Source: Parcubacteria group bacterium
GTDB lineage: Bacteria > Patescibacteriota > Minisyncoccia > Phycocordibacterales > CSBR16-119
DNA length: 64,000 bases
Assembly: GCA_943356745.1 (NCBI GenBank)
Contig: CALRFT010000001.1
Coordinates: 11,946 to 75,945 of the forward strand
Direction of reading: 5' to 3'
Shown: one piece after another, positions 1 to 8,995 of the stretch
How positions within the stretch are numbered: the first letter of the stretch is position 1
How the letters are laid out: every line of letters begins with the position of its first letter
Notes under the pieces: model-generated
Database searches by the model: none
What the model saw: only the letters and a program-made list of their open reading frames with translations
Told to the model about the DNA's origin: nothing
Made by a program: the position numbers and the translations under genes

Positions 1-269
1 AATCCACCACAAAGACCTTTGTTTGATGCGTAGACAACAACAAGATTTTTTTCTCCTTTTCCTGTTTCAAGAAGTGGATGAGAAATGTCACGCTCAAGCG
101 AAAGGTTCGCTAAAAGCTGAAGTGCTTTTACCGCATACTCTTTTGAAGCCGTTGCCCTGTTAATCATTTTCTTCATCTTGGAAACAGAAACCATTTCCAT
201 AGTTTTTGTAATTTTCTTGATATTGGATACGGTTCGAATTTTTAATTTTATCTCTTTTCCCGTTGCCAT
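1..269 (-). CDS. atpG: ATP synthase F1 gamma subunit, N-terminal part (C-terminus lies beyond window start)
   Basis: Minus-strand translation from ATG at 269 reads MATGKEIKLKIRTVSNIKKITKTMEMVSVSKMKK..., a typical gamma N-terminus. It follows atpA in the canonical operon order. Confidence 0.85.
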   Translation of the reverse strand, partial: MATGKEIKLKIRTVSNIKKITKTMEMVSVSKMKKMINRATASKEYAVKALQLLANLSLERDISHPLLETGKGEKNLVVVYASNKGLCGG

Positions 270-272
270 ATA

Positions 273-1769
273 TTATTGACTATTTTTTTTGAAAACCTCG
301 AGAGCTGCAATGAGCCTGTCTTTCAGTTCATCATTCCAATCTTTTTTGAACGAATCCAAAAGATTAGTATCATGATTTTTAATAAACTCAATCATTGCTT
401 TCTCTGTTTCCTTTATTTTTTTAAGTTCAACATGGTCAAGATACCCTGCGTTTACAGCAAAGATAATAGCAACCTGTTCTTCTACAGGAATTGGATTAAA
501 TTCTGTTTGTTTCAAAATTTCCGTTACACGTTTCCCTCTTTCAATTACTCGTTTTGTATCAGAATCAAGATCTGAGTCAAATTGTGAAAATGCTTCAAGT
601 TCTCGATATTGTGCTTGGGAAAGCTTGAGTGTCCCAGCATTTTTTTTCATTGATTTTATTTGCGCAGATGTTCCAACACGAGACACTGAAAGTCCTACGT
701 TAACAGCAGGTCGAATACCCTTGTTAAACAAGGTTGTTTCAAGAAAGATTTGCCCGTCTGTAATAGAAATTACGTTTGTTGGAATATACCCAGATACATC
801 ACCTCCTTGTGTTTCGATAATAGGAAGAGCTGTGATTGAACCTCCACCATGTTCTTTATTTCTTCGACACGCACGTTCAAGAAGTCGTGAATGAAGATAA
901 AACACATCCCCTGGATACGCTTCTCGCCCTGGCGGTCTTCGAAGAAGAAGTGAGATTTCTCGATACGCAACAGCATGCTTTGAAAGATCGTCGTAGATTA
1001 CCAAAACGTCTTTTCCTTGATCCATGAAATATTCTGCGATTGAAACTCCAACATACGGTGCTAAGTATAGAAGTGCCGCACTGTCTCCCGCAGAAGCTGA
1101 AACAACGGTTGTATATTTCATCGCTCCTCGTGATTCCAAAATTCCTACAATTCGAGCAATCTTTGATTGTTTTTGACCAATAGCAACATACACACAAATC
1201 ATGTCTTGATCGTGTTGGTTCAAAATAGTATCAATTGCAATCGCTGTTTTCCCTGTTTGTCGATCACCAATAATAAGCTCTCTTTGTCCTCGCCCAACCG
1301 GAATCATCGCATCGATCGCCAAAATTCCTGTTTGAACAGGTTGACTCACTGGTTCTCGACTCATAACACCTGGTGCAATTTTTTCAACGAGAACCTTTTT
1401 TGTTTTTGTGAGTTCAGCTTTTCCATCAATTGGCTTTGCAAGGCCATCTACAATTCTCCCGATAATATCATCAGACACTTCGATTGAAAGAATTTCGTTA
1501 GTTCTTTTTACAATTTCTCCTTCTCGAATTGTTTTTGAATCACCAAGAATAATAGCTCCTACCGTATCTTCCTCTAGGTTAAGCGCCAAACCTTGTGCGC
1601 CGTTTTCAAACATCAAAATTTCAGATGATTGAACACCTCGAAGACCTCCGATTTTTGCAATACCATCAGATACAGAAACAACTGTTCCAACTTCATGAGT
1701 TCCTACAGTTTGTTCATATTCTCCGATCTTCTTTTTTAATTTATCAATAACTCCTTCTATTTTACTCAT
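273..1769 (-). CDS. atpA: ATP synthase F1 alpha subunit
   Basis: 498 aa with Walker A GDRQTGKT and strong alpha-subunit conservation throughout. Confidence 0.97.
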   Translation of the reverse strand: MSKIEGVIDKLKKKIGEYEQTVGTHEVGTVVSVSDGIAKIGGLRGVQSSEILMFENGAQGLALNLEEDTVGAIILGDSKTIREGEIVKRTNEILSIEVSDDIIGRIVDGLAKPIDGKAELTKTKKVLVEKIAPGVMSREPVSQPVQTGILAIDAMIPVGRGQRELIIGDRQTGKTAIAIDTILNQHDQDMICVYVAIGQKQSKIARIVGILESRGAMKYTTVVSASAGDSAALLYLAPYVGVSIAEYFMDQGKDVLVIYDDLSKHAVAYREISLLLRRPPGREAYPGDVFYLHSRLLERACRRNKEHGGGSITALPIIETQGGDVSGYIPTNVISITDGQIFLETTLFNKGIRPAVNVGLSVSRVGTSAQIKSMKKNAGTLKLSQAQYRELEAFSQFDSDLDSDTKRVIERGKRVTEILKQTEFNPIPVEEQVAIIFAVNAGYLDHVELKKIKETEKAMIEFIKNHDTNLLDSFKKDWNDELKDRLIAALEVFKKNSQ

Positions 1770-1783
1770 ATATGTTACTGTGA

Positions 1784-2173
1784 TTATTTAGTTAATCTAC
1801 TTTTTAGTACTTGTAAGTTGTATGCGATACTTGCATCTGTTACGACACCTTGGTGTGTTGCCTTAAATCCACCAATCAGTTTCGGGTTAACTTTAGTTTG
1901 AACCGAAACTTTTGAAGATACCTTAATAAAAGCTTTGATTTTTTCAACCATTTCTTCATTAAGTGGAAACGCTGTGTCTATGAAAAGAGTATTAAAATCA
2001 TTCTCCTTTTGTATATAGGACTCAAGATATCGAACAACTGTTTCAAGTTGTGCTAGAAGATTATTTTCTTCCAAGTAACTAACAAAAGCCTCAAATACCG
2101 AACCAATTTTTTTTGATTCAGTTTGTTTGAGTAATATAAAAAATGCTTCTGCTAATTCTTGTGAACGTATCAT
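1784..2173 (-). CDS. atpH: ATP synthase delta (OSCP) subunit, short form (129 aa)
   Basis: Sits between atpF and atpA; OSCP-like C-terminal region (IGGF...GVVTDASIAYNL). Confidence 0.75.
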   Translation of the reverse strand: MIRSQELAEAFFILLKQTESKKIGSVFEAFVSYLEENNLLAQLETVVRYLESYIQKENDFNTLFIDTAFPLNEEMVEKIKAFIKVSSKVSVQTKVNPKLIGGFKATHQGVVTDASIAYNLQVLKSRLTK

Positions 2174-2176
2174 AGA

Positions 2177-2668
2177 TTATTTGAGTATTGATTTAATGTA
2201 TTTTTCATTAACACCTTGTGTCATATTTTCTTTGAGAACTTTTTCAACTCCTGACAAAACAAGAGTAGCTGCTTTCTCTGTAAGATCTTCGTCAGCTTTT
2301 TTAAGAATCATATCAGCCTCATGAAGTGCGTGTTGGCGGATTTTCGCCGCTTCTTTATCTGCTTCTTCAGATGCATGAGCTACAATTTTATTTCGCTCTT
2401 CTTTTGCATTCCCAATGATTTCTTGAGAATTTTGATATGCTTCTTTGATAAGTTCTTCTTTTCTTTGCGATGCATCAAGAAGTGACTGTTTTGCTTTTTC
2501 AGCATCATCCAATCCTTGCTTAATTCTTTCTTGTCGCTCTTTTATAGCGTTACCGAGTTTTTTGAATACAACATTACGAAGTAAGTAGTAGATAACAAGA
2601 AAATTCACCAAGTTTGCCAAGGCGACTTTCCAATCAAATCCAAGTTTTCCCAATACTTCTTCGATCAT
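2177..2668 (-). CDS. atpF: ATP synthase F0 b subunit
   Basis: N-terminal TM helix followed by a long charged helix; operon position. Confidence 0.85.
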   Translation of the reverse strand: MIEEVLGKLGFDWKVALANLVNFLVIYYLLRNVVFKKLGNAIKERQERIKQGLDDAEKAKQSLLDASQRKEELIKEAYQNSQEIIGNAKEERNKIVAHASEEADKEAAKIRQHALHEADMILKKADEDLTEKAATLVLSGVEKVLKENMTQGVNEKYIKSILK

Positions 2669-2690
2669 AAAAATGTTTAGATACTAAAAA

Positions 2691-2897
2691 CTAGATAATA
2701 AAGAATGCAACAAGCGCGTAAATCGCTGTTGATTCACAAATCGCCATCGCAACGATCATCTTTGGAAAGATTGAATCTCCCGCTTCAGGATTTCGTCCAA
2801 TAGCTTCCATAGCCTTTGCTGCAACCCAAGCTTCAGCTGGAGCCGTTGCAACCATCGAAAGAATAATAAGTGCTTTTGCAATATATTGTGTTTCCAT
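2691..2897 (-). CDS. atpE: ATP synthase F0 c subunit
   Basis: 68-aa two-helix proteolipid containing the ion-binding Glu (ICESTAIY). Confidence 0.9.
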   Translation of the reverse strand: METQYIAKALIILSMVATAPAEAWVAAKAMEAIGRNPEAGDSIFPKMIVAMAICESTAIYALVAFFII

Positions 2898-2954
2898 ACT
2901 TTGTGTATATATTTCGCTTATGCGAATATTAAATTAATAAAACTTATAAATAAA

Positions 2955-3752
2955 TTATTTTTTCTCACCGGGTTCTGGACCGGCAGCTTGCATGTAAAAT
3001 ACTGTAATGAGTGAACCGAACACGATTGTTTGAACAAGGGCACCAAGCATACCAAATGCGACCCAAAATGATGGTAAGAGAAAGGCGAAAATACCTATCA
3101 ATACCGTTGTGAGAACATCTCCTGCGTACATGTTTCCAAAGAGACGAAGAGATACTGAAACTGCTTTTGCAAATTCCCCCACAATATCAAGACAAGCAAT
3201 GAGAATTGTAACGAACATATAAATTGGAGCGAGTCCACCTTTTTTCATATCTTCACCAAGTTGTTTAATTGGAATGAATTTATTGATATGACCCCATAAG
3301 CCGAAATCTTTTATCGACACAAGGTGAAGTACTACAATCGCTCCAAACGCAAGTCCAAGTGTGGTATTGAAATCACTTGTAGCGATTCGGAAGAGTGACT
3401 TACCATCAAAAGTAATACTTCCAAGACCCGGGACCAATCCAAAATAGTTTGAAATACCAACAAAGATAAAAATTGAACCGATAATGGGGAGTACTCTTTT
3501 TGTGTGATAGGAACTTGCAGTGATGGTATTGATTTGCCTTTCCACTGCTTCGTATACTATCTCAAAAAATGCTTGACCCTTTCCTGGAATTAAACTTTTC
3601 TTACGAAGTGCAACCACGACAAAAACAATAAGAAGAATTGTTACAAGAACCATGAATAAAGTTGAGTTTGTGATAGGAAAACCACCAATCTCAAAAATAG
3701 TAGAAGGTCCAATACTTGATATATCTCTTTTAAAACTTAAAAATTCTTGCAT
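2955..3752 (-). CDS. atpB: ATP synthase F0 a subunit
   Basis: 265-aa polytopic membrane protein with a conserved Arg helix (LSLRLFGNMYAGD). Confidence 0.9.
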   Translation of the reverse strand: MQEFLSFKRDISSIGPSTIFEIGGFPITNSTLFMVLVTILLIVFVVVALRKKSLIPGKGQAFFEIVYEAVERQINTITASSYHTKRVLPIIGSIFIFVGISNYFGLVPGLGSITFDGKSLFRIATSDFNTTLGLAFGAIVVLHLVSIKDFGLWGHINKFIPIKQLGEDMKKGGLAPIYMFVTILIACLDIVGEFAKAVSVSLRLFGNMYAGDVLTTVLIGIFAFLLPSFWVAFGMLGALVQTIVFGSLITVFYMQAAGPEPGEKK

Positions 3753-3757
3753 ATAGA

Positions 3758-4045
3758 TTATGAAGGACTTTGTTCTTGTTTCATTTTCTCTCGGATAGCT
3801 TTATATTCTTTTGAGAGTTTTGTATTTCTTTTAAGGACAATAAACCAAGAAGAAGAGAATGCAATAAACAAAAGTACAATCATTATTGTTTTTCCTGTCC
3901 CAAAATGAGCGTCGAGTGCCTGTCCACCAAAAAGAGCTGCAAATGCAGGTGCAGCAAACAAAGGAATATTAACCAAAGAATTTTTAAAAAGCTTGGTTGT
4001 CATGTTGTTATACTCTTTTTGAGTTTCTGGGTGATATGATTGCAT
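3758..4045 (-). CDS. AtpI/AtpZ-like small membrane protein heading the atp operon
   Basis: 95 aa with two TM segments, immediately upstream of atpB. Confidence 0.4.
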   Translation of the reverse strand: MQSYHPETQKEYNNMTTKLFKNSLVNIPLFAAPAFAALFGGQALDAHFGTGKTIMIVLLFIAFSSSWFIVLKRNTKLSKEYKAIREKMKQEQSPS

Positions 4046-4281
4046 ATAATTTAAGAGATAAAACTAGAAGTTTTACTCACATATTATATTCAGATTACAT
4101 TTCAGTACTACTTGACCTTTAGATATAAGTGTTTCAAATTGAAAATTAACAGTACTACAGCTATCTTTCTTTTAGAAAAGTACTTTAATTTCCCAGGTAA
4201 ATAAATTAAAGTTCTTTAAAAAACCAAAACCAAAATTATGAATTACACCCTAAATCCTTTATCCTTATGGGATAATTTTTT

Positions 4282-4839
4282 TTGTATTGGAAAAAGAATA
4301 ATCTTCTACCTAAGTTGATTACTCTCAATCTATTTTCTTTTGTTGTTTTTGCAACAGTTGAAAATACCCTGTTTCGCTACGTTGCCGATATGACCTTTCA
4401 TGAGTCAATGAAAGCACGTGGAATTGCTACAGTTTTTAATACCTTAATTGGAATCGCTTGGCCTCAAATTGAATTATTTTTTGAGTCAAAATTTTCAAAA
4501 CACCCTATTAGATTTTTAAGGGATAAATGGGAGGAATTCTCACTTTTATGTGTAAAAGTTATAGTGAATATATGCACGTATGCTTTATCCGGACATTATG
4601 GTTTCAATCTGAAGCTCGGAATTAAAGTTGGCGTTATTGTGTTCATTTCCTTTTACTGCGCAGATTTTCTCAAGTACAAACTTACCCCCTTTGTTGATAC
4701 TCAAATTAACAAGGTTGTTTTAGTTTTAACTAAAAAGAAAACTAATCCATTGCAACACAATCAGGAACTGACATTTTCTGATATTGTTTTAGTGGAAGAA
4801 AGCCAAGAAGAAGATTTGATTTTGGAAGAAAGTATTTAA
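4282..4839 (+). CDS. hypothetical membrane-associated protein
   Basis: 185-aa ORF with hydrophobic segments and an acidic C-terminal tail; followed by a terminator. Confidence 0.5.
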   Translation: MYWKKNNLLPKLITLNLFSFVVFATVENTLFRYVADMTFHESMKARGIATVFNTLIGIAWPQIELFFESKFSKHPIRFLRDKWEEFSLLCVKVIVNICTYALSGHYGFNLKLGIKVGVIVFISFYCADFLKYKLTPFVDTQINKVVLVLTKKKTNPLQHNQELTFSDIVLVEESQEEDLILEESI

Positions 4840-4845
4840 ACATTT

Positions 4846-4878
4846 AAAGTCACAGTCTTTTTGACTGTGACTTTTTTA
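4846..4878 (+). terminator. rho-independent terminator
   Basis: Hairpin agtcacagtc/gactgtgact followed by a T-run. Confidence 0.75.
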
Positions 4879-4881
4879 CTA

Positions 4882-4910
4882 TTGATATTATTTATTATGG
4901 GTGCTATAAT
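4882..4910 (+). promoter_or_regulatory. sigma70-type promoter for tRNA-Ile
   Basis: TTGATA, 17-nt spacer, then TATAAT; the tRNA starts about 20 nt downstream. Confidence 0.6.
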
Positions 4911-4930
4911 CCTTTTCGTTGTTTACATAT

Positions 4931-5006
4931 GCGCGCGTAGCTCAGCTGGTAGAGCATTCGACTGATACTCGAAAGGTCCCAGGTTCGATCCCTGGCGCGC
5001 GCACCA
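4931..5006 (+). tRNA. tRNA-Ile (anticodon GAU), CCA encoded
   Basis: Cloverleaf with acceptor stem GCGCGCG/CGCGCGC, anticodon loop CUGAUAC and T-loop TTCGATC; 3-prime CCA is present in the gene. Confidence 0.92.
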
Positions 5007-5008
5007 AA

Positions 5009-5040
5009 GAAAAACCACCTTTTAAAAGGTGGTTTTTCTT
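5009..5040 (+). terminator. rho-independent terminator after tRNA-Ile
   Basis: aaaaccacctttt/aaaaggtggtttt hairpin with a T-run. Confidence 0.8.
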
Positions 5041-5238
5041 TGTGTTAACTTTTTATAACATAAAACCACCTGCTTTTATTGCAAGTGGTTTATTTTGACC
5101 TCAACAAGGAATCAGTCAGGGATGGTGCTTCACCCCAAGATAACGGCCCTCCTTATACATTTAAGTGAGACATATTGAAGAGATATTTTAATTTTGAGCC
5201 ATCCCTCCACGGCTTGGTTAAGAAAAACTTTTTCTTTA

Positions 5239-6234
5239 TTATACCTCAGAATTTTCATTTTCAAAAAAGGTGTGAACAGCGTCAATTATTTCTGAAATAT
5301 CACCACTCATAACTTTAGGAAGATTTGACCAAGATTCTTTGATTCTGTGATCTGTGAGACGATCTTGCGGAAAATTATATGTTTTGATTTTCTCAGAACG
5401 ATCCATGTTTCCAATTTGAGACGATCGACTGTCTGAATATTTTTTTGCTTCTTCTTCATCTTTCATTTGCTGAAGTTTTGAACGAAGAAGTTCGAGTACA
5501 CGCTCTTTGTTTGCAAGCTGACTTCTTTCTACTGTTGAACGAAAATCAATTCCTGTTGGTTTGTGAATAACCCGCACAGCAGATTCAACCTTGTTTACGT
5601 TTTGCCCTCCTGCGCCTCCAGCACGAGATGTTTCAAATTCCAAATCAGCATCATTCAAAACAATGGTAGTTTTTTTGAAGATTGGCATGATTGCAACAGA
5701 AGCTGTTGAAGTATGAATTCTCCCTTGTTTTTCAGTCGCTGGAATTCTTTGCACACGATGAACTCCAGTTTCAAATCGCAGTGTTTTATATACTCCAACT
5801 CCTTTTATTTCAATCGAAGCATATTTATATCCACCAACATCGTTAATTGATTCATCAACAATTCGCCATTGCCAACCTTTTGATTCTGCGTATCGTTCGT
5901 ACATTTCAGCGAGTTCATGAGCAAAAAGCGCAGCTTCGTCTCCACCAGCCCCAGCTCGTACTTCAAGAACGATCTCATTAGGAAATTGCTCTTCTTCTTT
6001 TTGGGCTTTCAAAATTGATTCAAGTTGAGAAGTATACGCTTCAAGTTGCACTCGAATATTTTCAATCTCATCTTGTGCCATCACTTTCATTGATTCATCA
6101 GAAGCAATAAGTTCAAGGGTATCATCATATTGACCTTTCAGTTTTTTGATTTCACCAGCAACAAAAGCTGTTTGGTGATTTCCAAGCAGTTCTTCAAAAT
6201 TATATTGTTCAATTTTTGATAGTAGTTCTTCCAT
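5239..6234 (-). CDS. prfA: peptide chain release factor 1
   Basis: PAT tripeptide motif ([14 protein letters not shown]) and GGQ motif ([13 protein letters not shown]); 331 aa. Confidence 0.93.
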   Translation of the reverse strand: MEELLSKIEQYNFEELLGNHQTAFVAGEIKKLKGQYDDTLELIASDESMKVMAQDEIENIRVQLEAYTSQLESILKAQKEEEQFPNEIVLEVRAGAGGDEAALFAHELAEMYERYAESKGWQWRIVDESINDVGGYKYASIEIKGVGVYKTLRFETGVHRVQRIPATEKQGRIHTSTASVAIMPIFKKTTIVLNDADLEFETSRAGGAGGQNVNKVESAVRVIHKPTGIDFRSTVERSQLANKERVLELLRSKLQQMKDEEEAKKYSDSRSSQIGNMDRSEKIKTYNFPQDRLTDHRIKESWSNLPKVMSGDISEIIDAVHTFFENENSEV

Positions 6235-6254
6235 ATAGTTCTATTGTATCAGAA

Positions 6255-6280
6255 CAAAGAGCGCTCGAAAGCGCTCTTTG
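6255..6280 (-). terminator. hairpin/terminator downstream of rpmE
   Basis: Stem caaagagcgc/gcgctctttg. Confidence 0.5.
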
Positions 6281-6291
6281 TTTGTGATACT

Positions 6292-6546
6292 TTATTTTTT
6301 CTTTGCTGCTTGCGCTCGCTTTTTGAATTTGTCTACTCGTCCAGCTGTATCGAGTACTGTTTCTTTTCCTGTGTAGAATGGATGTGTATCACTTGAAATT
6401 TCTACTCGGTAAAGATCGTATTCTTTTCCTTCAAATGTTCCTTTTTCATCAGTATGTACTGTTGAAGAAATAAGAAACTGCGCTCCTGATTGAGCGTCTT
6501 GGAAAATTACTGATCGGTAGTTTTTTGGATGTATTCCTGATTTCAT
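6292..6546 (-). CDS. rpmE: 50S ribosomal protein L31
   Basis: [12 protein letters not shown]-terminus. The ORF track starts 6 codons earlier (6564); the start is placed at the conserved Met. Confidence 0.9.
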   Translation of the reverse strand: MKSGIHPKNYRSVIFQDAQSGAQFLISSTVHTDEKGTFEGKEYDLYRVEISSDTHPFYTGKETVLDTAGRVDKFKKRAQAAKKK

Positions 6547-6604
6547 ACTTGGATAATTTACCACATGCCCGTGATTTTTGCAAGATTTGTGTTAATATAC
6601 AGCC

Positions 6605-7363
6605 ATGGACCCAAAAAAGCAAGAAAAACAATGGCTTTTAAATGAAAAATATCAAGGAATTGAAAGTCCTGAGTTTTTTGAGGATTTTAAAAAACTGGAA
6701 TCTGGAACACCTCTTGCTTACCTTATTGGAAACATACCCTTTCTTGAAATCACTGTCGATTTAGAATATAAACCTCTTATACCAAGACCAGAAACTGAGT
6801 TTTGGGTAAATTACTGTACTCAGAAATATATTCCCCTAGAGGCAAATATTTCCATTCTAGACATATATTCTGGTTCTGGATGTATCGGACTTGGAATCGC
6901 AAAAAAAAGACCAAACACAAAAATTCTTTGTAGCGATATTAAAAAAGAAAACATAGTTCAAATACAGAAAAATATCGTTCTCAATGGAATTTCAGAAAAG
7001 CAGGTTTCAGTTATTCAGTCTGATATATTTAAAAATATCTCAATGCAAAAATTTGATATCATTTTTGCAAATCCTCCGTATATCTCAGAACAAAGAAAAG
7101 ACACCGTTGATGATTCTGTTTTACTCTATGAAGACCACCACGCTCTTTTTGCAGAAGATGATGGATTATTTCATATTAAAAATCTGATTGAAAAAATTCC
7201 ATTTTTCTTGAAAGATAATGGGTATATGTTTATAGAATTTGATCCATGGCAAAAAAAATTAATTGAATCTTACATACAAGAAAAGGAAATATGTTTTGAA
7301 TTTTTACAGGATCAATATCAAAAAAATCGTGTACTTATAATTCAAAATAAAAAACTCGCATAA
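6605..7363 (+). CDS. prmC: release-factor glutamine N5-methyltransferase (HemK/PrmC)
   Basis: NPPY motif (FANPPYIS) and SAM-binding G-x-G (IYSGSGCIGL); adjacent to prfA. Confidence 0.88.
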   Translation: MDPKKQEKQWLLNEKYQGIESPEFFEDFKKLESGTPLAYLIGNIPFLEITVDLEYKPLIPRPETEFWVNYCTQKYIPLEANISILDIYSGSGCIGLGIAKKRPNTKILCSDIKKENIVQIQKNIVLNGISEKQVSVIQSDIFKNISMQKFDIIFANPPYISEQRKDTVDDSVLLYEDHHALFAEDDGLFHIKNLIEKIPFFLKDNGYMFIEFDPWQKKLIESYIQEKEICFEFLQDQYQKNRVLIIQNKKLA

Positions 7364-7376
7364 GCGAGTTTTTTAT
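7350..7376. terminator. bidirectional terminator hairpin
   Basis: aaaaactcgc-ataa-gcgagttttt; the prmC stop codon lies in the loop. Confidence 0.7.
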
Positions 7377-7377
7377 T

Positions 7378-8751
7378 TTAGTTTGCTGATTCAAGAAGAT
7401 CTATATCTGCTTGGATTTTTTCAGCGTGAGCCATTACTCCATTTCCATAGAATAAGTTTTTTACTTTTGGATCAGAACACCCTCTTCCTGAATAGTATTT
7501 ACATGCAGCCTCTCGTTCAGCTGTAAATGTTTGTGTTGCAGCACCGAGATCTTTTACATACAAAGCTGTTGCAAACACAGCATGTCGTGGATTCCAAGGA
7601 TTTGCAATACTTGCACCTGTCGCTGCTGCGATGCGATTTTCATATGATTCCCATGTTACTGGAATAAATTGAGAAGGACCCATTGCTCCTCCCCAACCCC
7701 CTGAAGCAAGCGGACAAGAAAGTGGTTGTCCATCCGGTGAAATTCCAAGTTTTTTGGTAATTCGAAGAAATGCGGCTTGATCATCTCGCCATGAACCGGA
7801 TGTTGGTCCAGGCATAATATCTTTCCATGTTCTTGCGTCACCTGGTCGATTACATGTTCCTACATTACTTCCAAGATTCGATTCTTGTTTCAAAATAGCA
7901 AGAATAAAAGCTGGTCGAACTCCTGTTTTAACTGAAGCTTCTTTTGCATATTCATATGCTTCACCGAAAGGAATAGCTTGTGCACCTCGAAGTTCAAAGA
8001 GTTTTGCTCTAATCTGCGAAGCTTTTGCTTTTCTATCTGCGATAACTTGCTCATATGCTTTCTCTTGAGATTTTGAAGCGTTGAGAAGTTTTTGTTGTTC
8101 TTGTTGACTTAATTCTACTTTTTTCTGTTCTGCTTCAATTTCTTTTTTCTTATCAATCTCTTCAACTCTTTTTACCTGAAGAACTTCTTTGATTTCTTCT
8201 TGTTCAGCTTTTTCAAGTTTAATATATTCCACTTCCCCTTTAATTTTTCCTTTTACTGTTGCAAGAAGATCAACACTTCCATAAAACTCAGAAATGGTGT
8301 CATCTGAAAGAAGTGAGTAGATGAATCCAGTTTGATCAAATTCATTTGTCTGACGAATAAGCTCACCGAGAGCTTCTCGCCTTTCAGACATTGTTGTTGT
8401 GAGTGTAACAATAGTTTTTTCTTTTTGAGTAATTTCACCGGAGATATTTTTTATCTCAAGATCACGAGCTTTAATTTTCGCCCTTGCTTTGTTAATCTCC
8501 GCACGAAGTGTTTCAACCTCTCTTTGAAGAGAAGCTGATTTATTTTTTTGCCCACTCAAAATTGCTTCTTGTTGTTTAATCTCAGCTTCAAGTTCAGCGA
8601 GCTCTCTTTCAAGAACAGCTCTTTCAGCGTCTGTCACTTGAGCATTTACCGACACTGGAAAAGAAATAGTTCCCAAAACAAAACCAAACAACATGAAAAC
8701 AACAAAAAATTTTGTAAATACTTTTTTAGTAGATTTAAGAATATCGCTCAT
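7378..8751 (-). CDS. membrane-anchored coiled-coil protein with C-terminal MltB-like lytic transglycosylase domain
   Basis: N-terminal TM helix and about 250 aa of heptad-rich E/K/Q sequence. The C-terminal domain has ILKQESNLG (catalytic Glu) and GAMGPSQFIPVTW, matching the MltB GAMGxxQFMPSx motif. Confidence 0.7.
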   Translation of the reverse strand: MSDILKSTKKVFTKFFVVFMLFGFVLGTISFPVSVNAQVTDAERAVLERELAELEAEIKQQEAILSGQKNKSASLQREVETLRAEINKARAKIKARDLEIKNISGEITQKEKTIVTLTTTMSERREALGELIRQTNEFDQTGFIYSLLSDDTISEFYGSVDLLATVKGKIKGEVEYIKLEKAEQEEIKEVLQVKRVEEIDKKKEIEAEQKKVELSQQEQQKLLNASKSQEKAYEQVIADRKAKASQIRAKLFELRGAQAIPFGEAYEYAKEASVKTGVRPAFILAILKQESNLGSNVGTCNRPGDARTWKDIMPGPTSGSWRDDQAAFLRITKKLGISPDGQPLSCPLASGGWGGAMGPSQFIPVTWESYENRIAAATGASIANPWNPRHAVFATALYVKDLGAATQTFTAEREAACKYYSGRGCSDPKVKNLFYGNGVMAHAEKIQADIDLLESAN

Positions 8752-8772
8752 GATTACTATTATATATCATTT

Positions 8773-8934
8773 TTAATTACCTTCTACAGAATAACTGTAC
8801 GCTGAAGCATATTTTTGTTCGGGATTTAAGGTTTTTCCAACAACAAAAACACCGAGTATAACAAAAACTATGAGTACAGTACTCATTATATTTTCAAGTG
8901 ATTTATGTCGTATATAGCTTCTGTATTCTTCCAT
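8773..8934 (-). CDS. small membrane protein (53 aa)
   Basis: MEEYRSYIRHKSLENIMSTVLIVFVILGVFVVGK...; one TM helix. Below the ORF-track cutoff, so found by eye. Confidence 0.3.
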   Translation of the reverse strand: MEEYRSYIRHKSLENIMSTVLIVFVILGVFVVGKTLNPEQKYASAYSYSVEGN

Positions 8935-8995
8935 ACATAGCTATAGACGCTTAAAAAACGAACTATTACAAACCTTACAGTTTAACGATAAAAAA

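Noticed and set aside
276-1632. Plus-strand ORFs of 63-106 aa (276-575, 625-894, 836-1027, 1167-1487, 1408-1632) and the minus-strand 770-976 and 877-1197 ORFs inside atpA
   Set aside because: They are antisense to, or frame-shifted within, the extremely conserved atpA coding sequence. Their compositions are low-complexity, typical of AT-rich antisense frames.
5097-5238. SRP (4.5S) RNA, suggested by a GTCAGG motif
   Set aside because: The flanking sequence does not match the domain IV GGAA...GCAGCC consensus. It was kept only as a low-interest structured region.
6449-6631. 60-aa minus-strand ORF overlapping rpmE and the prmC start
   Set aside because: It is an alternative frame of the L31 gene region and overlaps the divergent prmC start.
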